The notes under the pieces are model-generated. The model worked only from the letters and a program-made list of their open reading frames with translations, made no database searches and was not told the origin of the DNA. The position numbers and the translations under genes were made by a program. From Candidatus Fraserbacteria bacterium (GTDB lineage Bacteria > Bipolaricaulota > Bipolaricaulia > RBG-16-55-9 > JAJCYT01): a DNA stretch of 64,000 nucleotides. Below, piece by piece: positions 51,490-60,828 of the stretch (its first letter is position 1; every line of letters starts with the position of its first letter). The stretch is from NCBI GenBank assembly GCA_029262795.1, contig JAJCYT010000018.1:103982-167981 (forward strand), written 5' to 3'.

Positions 51490-53639
51490 GGTAAACGTGT
51501 AAAGAACAACTCATTAATTTCTTCTTCTGTTAAGGCACGGTTGTAAATGCGTACTTCATCGAGCACGCCAGGCCAGGTATGAAGATCATCAATACCTGAA
51601 GGCTGTTTCATGGAAATTGAGAATGGCCGTCCTTGATGGGTGTCAATGGCACTGCGATTGATCGTCGACTCTTTCACCAATTGGCCATTCATGTACAGGC
51701 GAATTAATCCCGTGTCGCTGTCATAAGTAAAGGTAAGGTGGACCCACTCTTTAATTGCCACCGCTTCCTCACTCTTGAGTGTCTTTCTATCTCCATTGAG
51801 AAAAACGGACCCTGTCAACCTTCCCGACTCTTCCATCACAAATCCAAAGGAAGGGCTTGAGCCACGGCTGGAATCTCCAAAGAGCAGTCGCCAATCGTTT
51901 CCAGAGGTGGCATCGGGGTCAGTTTCAAGAAATGCCCAAAGAGATACAGTCAATGCGTTTAATTGATCTAAACTCTCAGAAGCAGGCACTAGAACATAAT
52001 TATCGATGCCATTAAAGCGCAGTGCAGACCCAACTTGTCCTACCGTCCATTCAGGCTGATTGATTAACGCCCCTTCATTCCTGTTCTCACTGGCGTCGGC
52101 AGCCACATCACCTGTGCCTTCTTCAAATGGCCAATATCCAACCAGTCCTCGCTCTAAATCAGTGTTGTTATCATTGGCCTTAAGCGCGCATTTTTCTCTG
52201 GCCAAGGTTCGAACTGCATGAACAAAACGTGAAACCCCTTGCTGATCACAGACTTCCATCGTCAACCTGCCATCAGCATCAATAGACACCACACCAAAAT
52301 TAAAGTAGCCCGAATCAGCATAAAGACGTGAAGGATTAAATGTGGGATCCATCTCTCTTGGGCTGCCCGTTGAGGCAGACAGAGGGCCTACCGTAAATTC
52401 ATAAAAGTCGATCAGGCGATTGCCGTCACTGTCGTACGTTAACAGCTGTGGATAATGCACATCGCCTGTGATCCAAAGAATATTTTGAATCTTTTCCTGT
52501 TCAATTAAACTGACAATATCATTAAATTCTGTTTCAAATCCAGTGTTGCCATCGCCACTGGCCCAACCATCACATGCCTCAGGACAGTTTTTGGGTACGG
52601 AAATCGGCACGCTACTAATAATCACTTTCCAGGTCGCATCAGAATTCGCCAATGATTCTTTTAGCCAAGCTTTTTGTTGCGCCCCCAACATGGTCTTGGC
52701 TTCATTGTCAGAAGCGCTGTTATGGCTACGATATTGTCGGGTATCCAGAATGAACAGTTCCAGGTGTTGCCCCCAACGCTGGCTGCGATAGATGGCATCT
52801 GAATGCTCTTGGTTTGGCTGGAGTGGGTAGTAGTCGATAAAAGATTGTTGCCCTAACGCCCACATTTCAAGCTGATCGGCTTGGTTATCAAAATCGTCGA
52901 TAAATTCGTGATCATCCCAAGTGGCAAACACAGGCATTTTTGACAGCAATTTCCTAAAACTAACATCGGCTCGATTATAGCTGTGCTTGAGGCGATAGGC
53001 ATCTAATGTAAGCACTTTGGAAGCAAGGAACTCATTGCCTTGGTTATTGGGCGGCGACGGGCAACTTTCATCTGCATAAATCATATCGCCAATGAGCACA
53101 AGAAAATTAGATTCAATTTTAGACATTTCTTCAAAGATCGGATAGTCAGGCTGTCGGCAGCGTCCCTGCCCGCCCAAATCCCCACTGACGACAAAGGTAA
53201 CAGCCTGAGGCTCATCTTCTAATGGTGGGGTTCTCAAAAAACCAGCACCTGATGCGCTTTGCTGACCATCACGCATGGCCCAGGCACTGTAAAAATAAAG
53301 CGTATCCGACTTCAGATTATCCACTTTGACTTTGTGAACATAATCTGTATCAGCAGTGACCTTAAACGGACCTAAAGTTTGCATTAAGGAAATCCCATCC
53401 TGAGATTCTGTATGGATCTGAAATCGAATATCAGCAGGCCCATCCACTTTGGTCCAAAGCAACGCTGAGTGAGGGCCCACTTCGCCACTGGCCACACCAT
53501 GCGTTAAAGAAGGGATCGGTGAAAGGTCTTGAAGTCCTATCGTATCGAGGCTTGAAAAAGAAAAGGTGATCATGCCAAGCAGCAAGACAAGCGACACCCA
53601 CTGAATTTTTTTAGAATACGCCTGATTCGGGTTTCTCAA
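51486..53639 (-). CDS. PhoD-like phosphatase fused to a C-terminal LamG domain
   Basis: PhoD N-domain pattern HGVASGEVGPHSALLWTKV. Metallophosphatase motifs GDMIYAD, ATWDDHEFIDDF, ITGDVHY. C-terminal LVGYWPFEEGTGDVAADASENRNEGAL...LDEVRIYNRAL. TTG start in a TTGA overlap. Confidence 0.8.
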   Translation of the reverse strand: MRNPNQAYSKKIQWVSLVLLLGMITFSFSSLDTIGLQDLSPIPSLTHGVASGEVGPHSALLWTKVDGPADIRFQIHTESQDGISLMQTLGPFKVTADTDYVHKVKVDNLKSDTLYFYSAWAMRDGQQSASGAGFLRTPPLEDEPQAVTFVVSGDLGGQGRCRQPDYPIFEEMSKIESNFLVLIGDMIYADESCPSPPNNQGNEFLASKVLTLDAYRLKHSYNRADVSFRKLLSKMPVFATWDDHEFIDDFDNQADQLEMWALGQQSFIDYYPLQPNQEHSDAIYRSQRWGQHLELFILDTRQYRSHNSASDNEAKTMLGAQQKAWLKESLANSDATWKVIISSVPISVPKNCPEACDGWASGDGNTGFETEFNDIVSLIEQEKIQNILWITGDVHYPQLLTYDSDGNRLIDFYEFTVGPLSASTGSPREMDPTFNPSRLYADSGYFNFGVVSIDADGRLTMEVCDQQGVSRFVHAVRTLAREKCALKANDNNTDLERGLVGYWPFEEGTGDVAADASENRNEGALINQPEWTVGQVGSALRFNGIDNYVLVPASESLDQLNALTVSLWAFLETDPDATSGNDWRLLFGDSSRGSSPSFGFVMEESGRLTGSVFLNGDRKTLKSEEAVAIKEWVHLTFTYDSDTGLIRLYMNGQLVKESTINRSAIDTHQGRPFSISMKQPSGIDDLHTWPGVLDEVRIYNRALTEEEINELFFTRLP

Positions 53640-53887
53640 GACCCAAGCCTCCTATGAACGCTTTGAATCACACCTATGATCAATGCAACAAACAACGAAC
53701 CAACCATGATTAACGCGCTTATTTCGGCCCAATCGGGTTGCTGAATACTGACTGCAACCACCACACCGAGCAATGCCAACACAGAAAGCGCGAAGAACGC
53801 TTGTATATAAGCCAAGGCTTGGTTGACTCCTTTTTTTAATGCTCCCACTGCAACAACCCAAAACTGCCTTATGGGCTGCCTAGGCAA
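53636..53887 (-). CDS. small two-TM membrane protein
   Basis: 83 aa with two hydrophobic helices. Its stop overlaps the start of the PhoD-LamG gene. Confidence 0.45.
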   Translation of the reverse strand: MPRQPIRQFWVVAVGALKKGVNQALAYIQAFFALSVLALLGVVVAVSIQQPDWAEISALIMVGSLFVALIIGVIQSVHRRLGS

Positions 53888-54332
53888 ATGTCATAGATTC
53901 AAGGTTAATCATGACATAAAAACGTTTAATATCAGTGTAATTGAAATCACGTTTTTTACAAGATTCGACCAAACAATCAACACTCAATTTAGCGCTTCTT
54001 ATTTGGCTTTTCTAAAGATACCCAACGCCCCAATAGCATTCGATCTTGTGATGAATAATCCCTGTTAAAACCGTAGTACATGATGACAGTCAATCAACTA
54101 AAGATTATTACCGCCGAAGTCTGCCTGTGGTGATTCAAGGCCATGACAAGTGCAATGTTACAAACCGCTTGCTGGGATTGGCACAAGCTTATGTCGATTC
54201 AAAAGCGTACGAGGTCACCGCAAAGTTGTTTGGCAGAATTGAACTGGCCTTACAAAAAACGATTGCAGCACAACCATCAGAGACTCACACGACCTCGCTT
54301 AAAAATCAAAGACGCGAAATTGTTGTATGCCT

Positions 54333-55763
54333 TCAATCCCCCGACTGTTTTAAGTGCAAGTGAACGCCAGCCATGCGAAAGGCCTCAGGCACAGCGAGGA
54401 TACGAGGTTTTTTTCCCACGTAACGCTCGGCGCGACTGAGAGCTTCGTCAAAGGTATCTGTTGGAATACATCCCATCCCTCGCGCATATCCTGGCACTTT
54501 TGCGCCAGGCATAAAAACGGCGCTGGTGCGTTGGTGGGCGACAGCCCCCATGGTCACCATGGACAACGCGTGTCCTGGATGATAGGCATTTTCAAACCGA
54601 TACTTAAACACAGCATCAGGATCGGTGGCCAGCTCTGATTCAAATTTGTAGATATCTGAAAAATCGCTTACCTGTTGCAATTTTTGATACGTCTTTTCGT
54701 ATGAAGGGAACCAGGACGAGTTAAACCAACCATCGCAAATTGAAGGCGCGATGATGACGCCACCTTCGCGAAACACCCCATAGCAACGAGTGAGTTGTGC
54801 GGCGATGGCCTGCAGCATCAAAATAGGATTGGTGCCCATCCCTGGCCCGTAATGGAACGAGCGCGGTAATCCGTAAACCAACACATCGTAAGGCTCTGTC
54901 TCATCCAGATAAACGTTCGTGCGCTGTTCAGCCAGAGGCCAGCTTGCCTTTTGAACTTCGTCAGCAGTGCCTGCATACACACCCAGCACTTGAGCGCGTG
55001 CACCAATGACAGCATCCACGGTAAAAAAGCGTTTACCGATGCCCTCTTCCATTTTCTTGCCAATCGTGTCGAATTGCTTACGCATATGGGAGTGTGTGGA
55101 GGCAGGAAGAAAATCATCACGATGCATGGTGTGTGGATGATGGTGGCAGCGAATTGAACTCCAGGTTGTAAATCCTGTGACCGCCATTTTATAACCGCCA
55201 CTATAGCCCCCATAAGGGTTGCCTTGAACATGGCCCAGCATGATGGGTAAATCGGCTTCAGCCATCATTTTGTTGCAGGTCACCGCATTGCCCATTTCAT
55301 CTTCGCCAAGCTCCACAATGCCATTAGAATCTGCGGCATCATGCATGAAAATGCGATCGGGCGTAAACATATCAACCACGTCTTTGCCCAGATATTCATA
55401 AAGCTCCTGCAGGGTATTGTGACGATGCAAGCCCATGGCACAAATCAACGAAATATTTTCAAGTTTCACACCGACTTCTTGAAGAATTTCACAGATGATG
55501 GGAATGGCCACGCGTCGATGCGCACCAGGGTGCGAACCACCTTTTACGCGATCTGGAAATGCGATCACCACACGATCGCCCGCTTTGGCCAATTCTCTCA
55601 GGGGTGGCATTCCAAGTGGGTTTTCCAGTGCCTTACGCGTCTCTTCCCAAGGATCGACCTCAGGCGGATCCTGATAGGTAACACCATGGCGGATCACAGT
55701 TGCATCATCGGGCAAATTCACATTAAGAACGCCATCTCCATAATCTAATTCAACTTGTTGCAT
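54333..55763 (-). CDS. LarA-like (DUF2088, nickel-pincer-dependent 2-hydroxyacid racemase/epimerase family) protein
   Basis: 476 aa. LarA_N-like start MQQVELDYGDGVLNVNLPDDATV...PLRELAKAGDRVVIAFPD. AMGLHRHNT. GYSGGYKM resembles the cofactor-tethering Lys segment. Confidence 0.65.
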   Translation of the reverse strand: MQQVELDYGDGVLNVNLPDDATVIRHGVTYQDPPEVDPWEETRKALENPLGMPPLRELAKAGDRVVIAFPDRVKGGSHPGAHRRVAIPIICEILQEVGVKLENISLICAMGLHRHNTLQELYEYLGKDVVDMFTPDRIFMHDAADSNGIVELGEDEMGNAVTCNKMMAEADLPIMLGHVQGNPYGGYSGGYKMAVTGFTTWSSIRCHHHPHTMHRDDFLPASTHSHMRKQFDTIGKKMEEGIGKRFFTVDAVIGARAQVLGVYAGTADEVQKASWPLAEQRTNVYLDETEPYDVLVYGLPRSFHYGPGMGTNPILMLQAIAAQLTRCYGVFREGGVIIAPSICDGWFNSSWFPSYEKTYQKLQQVSDFSDIYKFESELATDPDAVFKYRFENAYHPGHALSMVTMGAVAHQRTSAVFMPGAKVPGYARGMGCIPTDTFDEALSRAERYVGKKPRILAVPEAFRMAGVHLHLKQSGD

Positions 55764-55789
55764 AGGCTTCCTTTACACAGTTTAAATTT

Positions 55790-56677
55790 TTATTTTTCCT
55801 GAATCGATAATAAATTCTCGTAAACCTTAAACAGAGCGCTGGTGTCTTCGGCACCGAACCCTTGAGCGCTCCCCAATTCGTTGACGGTTTGAATCATTCT
55901 GGCAAGCAACGGTGGCGCACCCACAGATTCCGCCATTGAAATGGCCAATCCGTTGTCCTTGCAGAGCAGATCAATAGAAAAAGTGGGGTCAAAGTCACGG
56001 GCAACAATCTTGCGGCCAACTTCTTTAAACAGGCCACTGACCGTGGCTGCTTCGCTGGCACTGATCGTGTTGAACAGCACCTCAGGCGACAAGCCGGCTT
56101 TGGTTGAAACCGCCATCATTTCTGCAGTCATTGCATTGATGGCTGAAAACATCAGTGCATTTAACAGCTTTAATGTATGACCCGCACCCAATGGCCCAAC
56201 GTGGATGACCTCACGAGCCAAAAGTTGTAACACAGGAAGACACTGTTCAAAGACCTCAACATCGCCGCCCACAGGCAACACCCAATATCCCCATGCACTG
56301 GGGCGGCCCAAAATTGGCGCATCCAGATATTGAACGCCTTGTTCTGCCGCTTTCTCTCCCATACGTCGAGTGGTTGCTGGATCGACCGTACTCATGTCGA
56401 TGATGGTATGGCCAGACTGTGCGGCAGCCAAAAGTCCGTCACTGCCATTAACAACCACATCTATTATTGGAGGGCTAGGCAATAACAGGATGGTGATGTC
56501 AACTTTGTCGGCAACTGCTTTTGGGGAATCCGCAGCTTCGGCACCGACATCAATGGCACGTTGCACGGCTCCTTGATCCTTATCGAAAACGACCACGCGA
56601 TGGCCCGCCTTTGCCAAGGCTTCAGCCACCAGTACCCCCATGATGCCAACACCAATGAGTCCAAGATTCATTGCCAT
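55790..56677 (-). CDS. NAD(P)-dependent beta-hydroxyacid dehydrogenase (3-hydroxyisobutyrate / tartronate-semialdehyde reductase family)
   Basis: Rossmann GLIGVGIMG. Mid-protein pattern YLDAPILGRPSAW...GAGHTLKLLNA. The start may be M3 (56671), which would form an ATGA overlap with the kinase stop. Confidence 0.8.
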   Translation of the reverse strand: MAMNLGLIGVGIMGVLVAEALAKAGHRVVVFDKDQGAVQRAIDVGAEAADSPKAVADKVDITILLLPSPPIIDVVVNGSDGLLAAAQSGHTIIDMSTVDPATTRRMGEKAAEQGVQYLDAPILGRPSAWGYWVLPVGGDVEVFEQCLPVLQLLAREVIHVGPLGAGHTLKLLNALMFSAINAMTAEMMAVSTKAGLSPEVLFNTISASEAATVSGLFKEVGRKIVARDFDPTFSIDLLCKDNGLAISMAESVGAPPLLARMIQTVNELGSAQGFGAEDTSALFKVYENLLSIQEK

Positions 56678-57693
56678 TGTTTCACTCTTTCTTTCAACAC
56701 GTTGTCTAATTTGATTGTTTTTTCAAGATATACATTCACGTCATGTTCATACGGATATGAAGCGGTTGTACCCACTTTAGAAACCGCCAACGCGGCAACG
56801 GCATTCGCATAAACAAGTGAATGGTGTAATGCTTCATCTGTGAGGGATGTCTCGATTGAATACCCATTTTGAAGCAAAGATGCCAAGAACCCGCCCATAA
56901 ATGCATCGCCTGCACCAAAGGCATCTTTCGAGTCTGTTTCAAAACCAGCAATCCACCCCTTCGTTTTGCTCGTTTGGAAGTAACAACCTTTGGCCTCTGT
57001 GGTAACAACCACAATTTGTGGCCCCTGTTGCTGCAGTTCGCTCGCCGAGGTTTCTATGGTTTTAGAGTTAGACAGCAGCTTTGCTTCCTGTTCATTGACC
57101 TTCAAAATGGTGCAGCTTGGAATGAAGTTTAAAACTTTTTCAACCACAGAAGATTTTTCAGAGAAACAATCCGGCCTTAAATTTGGGTCCATAGAAATAA
57201 TGAGTCCGTATTTTTTGGCAAATTCAATGGCTTTGTTCGTGGCCTGGATTGCATTCTCATTGGTCAAACTCAATGAGCCGAAATGAAACAAACGAGCACC
57301 TTGAAACACAGATTCGGGCACATCCAATTCATTGATCAATTGATCTGCACCAGGATCGCGCCATACATGAAACACCACGCTGCCATCAAGTGGATTGAAC
57401 ATCACGAATGCTATTGCAGTTTTTGCCTGGTCTGTAAACGTAATATGATGGGTGTTGATCTTCTCGGCATCTAGCAATTGCTTGATCGTAAACCCAAAAT
57501 GATCTGCCCCTAATTTCCCGACAAATGCAGTTGAAACATTTAAGCGTGCAGCAGCAATGGCAACATTTGCCGGCGAGCCACCCACCTGGAAAATTTGTGA
57601 CGAAGGGTCGATGCATTTGTCAGGCGTTGATTCAAAATAAAGATCAATAAGCGCTTCGCCAAACGAAATGATTGAGGGCATTTTATTTTCCAA
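56668..57693 (-). CDS. PfkB-family carbohydrate kinase
   Basis: 341 aa. N-terminal GEALIDLY...VGGSPANVA and C-terminal DAFGAGDAFMGGFLASL signature. Confidence 0.85.
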   Translation of the reverse strand: MENKMPSIISFGEALIDLYFESTPDKCIDPSSQIFQVGGSPANVAIAAARLNVSTAFVGKLGADHFGFTIKQLLDAEKINTHHITFTDQAKTAIAFVMFNPLDGSVVFHVWRDPGADQLINELDVPESVFQGARLFHFGSLSLTNENAIQATNKAIEFAKKYGLIISMDPNLRPDCFSEKSSVVEKVLNFIPSCTILKVNEQEAKLLSNSKTIETSASELQQQGPQIVVVTTEAKGCYFQTSKTKGWIAGFETDSKDAFGAGDAFMGGFLASLLQNGYSIETSLTDEALHHSLVYANAVAALAVSKVGTTASYPYEHDVNVYLEKTIKLDNVLKERVKQWQ

Positions 57694-57976
57694 TTCGCGT
57701 ATACTATTATTTTGATGAGTGCTTGTCTACCTTATCAAGATATTACATTAATACTTCACTCCTGCAACAGCAGGAACATCTACTAAAAATACACGCTCGA
57801 AGGATTGTTTGAACTACCCGAACCGAAGGTAGAGGAGAGATGGCCAGCTTCGCTCATTTCAACAATTGTATTATCGTATTGATGCGCAGGATAACATCTG
57901 GAGAAGTAGCTAAAAGCCTACTCTATCCGGCTTAGGAGGTATCTGTGTTGACCTCAGACACAAATAGAAAAGTAGC

Positions 57977-58031
57977 GGAGGCGGAACGTTTCCCTGACAA
58001 GGGGAGATGAAGATCAAGCAGTTCCGCCTCC
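57977..58031 (-). terminator. terminator candidate downstream of the 58056..60818 gene
   Basis: GGAGGCGGAAC (57977..57987) pairs with GTTCCGCCTCC (58021..58031). This is 11 bp around a structured 33-nt loop. On the minus strand it starts 25 nt after the stop and is followed by CTACTTTTCTATTT. Confidence 0.5.
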
Positions 58032-58055
58032 ACTGGGGTATTTCAACCATAAAAT

Positions 58056-60818
58056 TTATCTAAGCACAACGAGTTTTCTCACGTCACTTCTCCAGGTTTG
58101 ACCATCGTAGCCAACAGTGTTGACAACATAGAAATAGGTGCCATTGGCAAAGGGGCTGCCCTCTTGACTCAAGAGCATAAATCTCAAGGCAGCGCCTGCA
58201 CCGAATTCATCCACCACCACACGTCCCTCAAGGTCGAAAACTCGAACACGAATTTCGGCCACGGATTGTTGCAAATTAATTTGCCGCATCAATGGCGATG
58301 GCGCAGTGAATTGAACTGGCTTTGACAAATTAAGATGGATGGGATTCATAGAAATAGACGCTCTGGAAGCAGCACCGCATTTGAGTGGATCAAATTCAGA
58401 CAACGGTTTTCCAGTGATCCACATTTCGGTGAGTTGTTTCATCAGGCAATCGCTGATGGTGTCATCGGCTTCAGGCACCATCTCGCCTTGAGCCCAGTAC
58501 GCAATGGCAATTTGAATTTCCTGATCATCAAACATGCCATCGTTATTCAGATCCAATGCCAGATGAAGGGGTCTGGCCTGAGGCATAGGAGAGGGTGATG
58601 GTGACGGAGATGGACCATTGGGAATAGTGATTTCCACCTCGGCCTGTCCAAATCCACCGTTGCCATCGGGCACCACCACACGAAAGCTGTATTCATCCGG
58701 CGCACCGAAATTGACGACAATTTGATCCCCATTCACAGGGTTGCCATTGTTATTGAACAAGCGTTCAAAATTGTTCTGAATACCATCATTCAGATCGTTG
58801 ACATACCACTCAAAGTTCAAAGGATTCAAAAAATCGCCATCTGGATCCTCTGCCACTGCGGTAAACGTGGCGGCAAAGATTGAGTTTTGATTGTGACAGG
58901 CTGGCACATAGGACAATGAAACAACTGGCGGCAAGTTGCCATTGGCCTGGGCGACAGTGAAGTTCACACTGGTCCAACCCAGGATTTCATTGTTGCTGGA
59001 GATGCGCACTGCCATGGTGTGTGGACCAAGTTCTGGATCATCCCAAGTAACTTCCGTACAAGGCTGGTTACAGTTTGCAGCATCGCCATTGTTGTTTGGA
59101 TCATTGATTTCATCGACACCATCATCCAGGAACCAATGATAGAAAAGAACGGTTCCATTGGTGTTGTTGACAGTTGCATTGAACGTCATTTCATCGGTCA
59201 CTCTTGGATTGTTTGGAAAGTAATCCAAATCAATGGTCACTTCCTCTTCCTGAGTCAACACATTGAATGACCAATTGTATTCGGCTTCATTCCCCACTGA
59301 GTCTTCTGCGGTCACGGTGACAGTTGGAGATCCAAAACTCAATTCACAAGGCGGGCTTGGCAAGTTAACAAAATCAATGTTTGCCAGGTCTAAAGAAAAT
59401 ATATTGTTATTAAATTGGGCACCGAAGCTGGTTTCAAACAGCAATCCCGGACACTGATCAATCGTCATTTCAAGCGAACTTGGCACAATGGAAGCACCTG
59501 GTGCCGTGGTGGTTATTTCAATAGAAATTTCGGGAAGGGTACCTGGATCGAAACCAAAAAATCCAGGCGCGGGTAAGGGATTGGAAAACCCTATTTCACC
59601 TTCTTCCTCACAGGTCACCTGAAATGCAGTAAAATTGCTATAAAAAGGATTGGTGATCATTTGGCCTGGGCCGCGAACCTGAACAGAATAACTGAGACCA
59701 CAGACAAAATTATCCGGCACCTGAAAACGGAGTTCATGATCGCCAATGTAGGTGGTGTTCAGTTCCAATCCTGATTCAGGGTCGTTTGGATTGCCTGCAA
59801 ACAGCACCACAGACAACGCTTCTCCTTCAGCATTTTCATAAAATCCCGTGTTTGGATCACCCGTCCCGATGACTCGAACTTCCGTCCCAATGGGTCCGCT
59901 GCTCGGTTCCAGCCGATCAATTTCTGGCGCGGCTGGAATGGTGGGAATAATGAGCAAACATTGAATCTGCACAAACTCAATGTTGCTGAACTCAGGAAAT
60001 TCAAAATCCGGCACGAGTGGGACCATCTTGTTAAAAAGCTGCACGGGAAAAATGCCACACCCTGTGTTTTCTGGAATCTGGAAGCTAAGTTCACCAGGGT
60101 TTGAAATGTCTGCATTAAGGAACTGTCCGTTAAAAATAACATCCGTTCCCGAAAAGAAATGACTGATACCAAGAAAATCTGAAACCATTTGCGGCCCTTT
60201 AAATCCTGCACCTCTGACAGTAACTTCGCCTCCTGCGAAAACAAATGTTGGTGCCACTGAATCTATACGGAAGGGTGCCGGACCTGGTGGTGTTGGATTG
60301 GGGTTACTGGACACGTTGACGGTAAAAGTCCATTCATCATTGCTCCATGCAACAGCGCTAAAATGGACAGCGCCGATAATTTTGACCTCAACATCTCCGT
60401 TGGAAAGTTCGCAATCTGTCTCTGATAAATCAACACTAAAATGAACGAAATTCAACTCATCATCATTGATGGAAAGCGCATTTCCATCTTCATCTTCAAT
60501 GCTGACTCCCGTGTCACCCGCACGATAAATTCTTTCAACGGGTTGGCTAGAACAACCTTTAATCGACATTTCAATGGTTGGAATATCGATTAAATCAAAG
60601 CCGGTGGCATGGGTGACAACATCCACACTTACCGTCGGCTGATTGGTGGTTATGGTGCCTGCTGGTTCCTTTTGTTCATAATCTGGTGGATTGGCAGTGG
60701 TGAAAAGAAGTTCAGGATCAACTTCCTTGCCCGCGGCATTGATAGAGATGGTTAATAGGATAAGACAAATGAACCACCAAGAAACAATAAAATTGTTTTT
60801 ACCCTGAAAGATATACAA
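58056..60818 (-). CDS. large secreted multi-Ig/IPT-domain surface protein with (SP)n linker, EF-hand/dockerin-like module and C-terminal sorting-like domain
   Basis: 920 aa with a signal peptide. IPT/TIG-like units are present (IDSVAPTFVFAGGEVTVRGAGF; IDRLEPSSGPIGTEVRVIGTG). PSPSPSPSP linker. LDLNNDGMFDDQEIQIAIAYW...WITG. The C-terminus is ANGTYFYVVNTVGYDGQTWRSDVRKLVVLR. Confidence 0.7.
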   Translation of the reverse strand: MYIFQGKNNFIVSWWFICLILLTISINAAGKEVDPELLFTTANPPDYEQKEPAGTITTNQPTVSVDVVTHATGFDLIDIPTIEMSIKGCSSQPVERIYRAGDTGVSIEDEDGNALSINDDELNFVHFSVDLSETDCELSNGDVEVKIIGAVHFSAVAWSNDEWTFTVNVSSNPNPTPPGPAPFRIDSVAPTFVFAGGEVTVRGAGFKGPQMVSDFLGISHFFSGTDVIFNGQFLNADISNPGELSFQIPENTGCGIFPVQLFNKMVPLVPDFEFPEFSNIEFVQIQCLLIIPTIPAAPEIDRLEPSSGPIGTEVRVIGTGDPNTGFYENAEGEALSVVLFAGNPNDPESGLELNTTYIGDHELRFQVPDNFVCGLSYSVQVRGPGQMITNPFYSNFTAFQVTCEEEGEIGFSNPLPAPGFFGFDPGTLPEISIEITTTAPGASIVPSSLEMTIDQCPGLLFETSFGAQFNNNIFSLDLANIDFVNLPSPPCELSFGSPTVTVTAEDSVGNEAEYNWSFNVLTQEEEVTIDLDYFPNNPRVTDEMTFNATVNNTNGTVLFYHWFLDDGVDEINDPNNNGDAANCNQPCTEVTWDDPELGPHTMAVRISSNNEILGWTSVNFTVAQANGNLPPVVSLSYVPACHNQNSIFAATFTAVAEDPDGDFLNPLNFEWYVNDLNDGIQNNFERLFNNNGNPVNGDQIVVNFGAPDEYSFRVVVPDGNGGFGQAEVEITIPNGPSPSPSPSPMPQARPLHLALDLNNDGMFDDQEIQIAIAYWAQGEMVPEADDTISDCLMKQLTEMWITGKPLSEFDPLKCGAASRASISMNPIHLNLSKPVQFTAPSPLMRQINLQQSVAEIRVRVFDLEGRVVVDEFGAGAALRFMLLSQEGSPFANGTYFYVVNTVGYDGQTWRSDVRKLVVLR

Positions 60819-60828
60819 TATTCCCCCT

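Noticed and set aside
54127-54363. 78-aa GTG-initiated ORF (…RLLGLAQAYVDSKAYEVTAKLFGRIELALQKT…) in the gap before the LarA-like gene.
   Set aside because: The helical TPR-like fragment could be a gene remnant. However, it has no RBS, it overlaps the 3' end of the LarA-like gene, and its tail is low quality. It might be a pseudogene fragment, which is not supportable from sequence alone.
57945-58010. A 21-codon ORF (GTG; MLTSDTNRKVAEAERFPDKGR) with a perfect AGGAGG 5 nt upstream, on the plus strand between two minus-strand operons.
   Set aside because: It is too short to evaluate. It lies inside the terminator hairpin of the 58056 gene, and the AGGAGG may be coincidental. Only ribosome profiling could support it.
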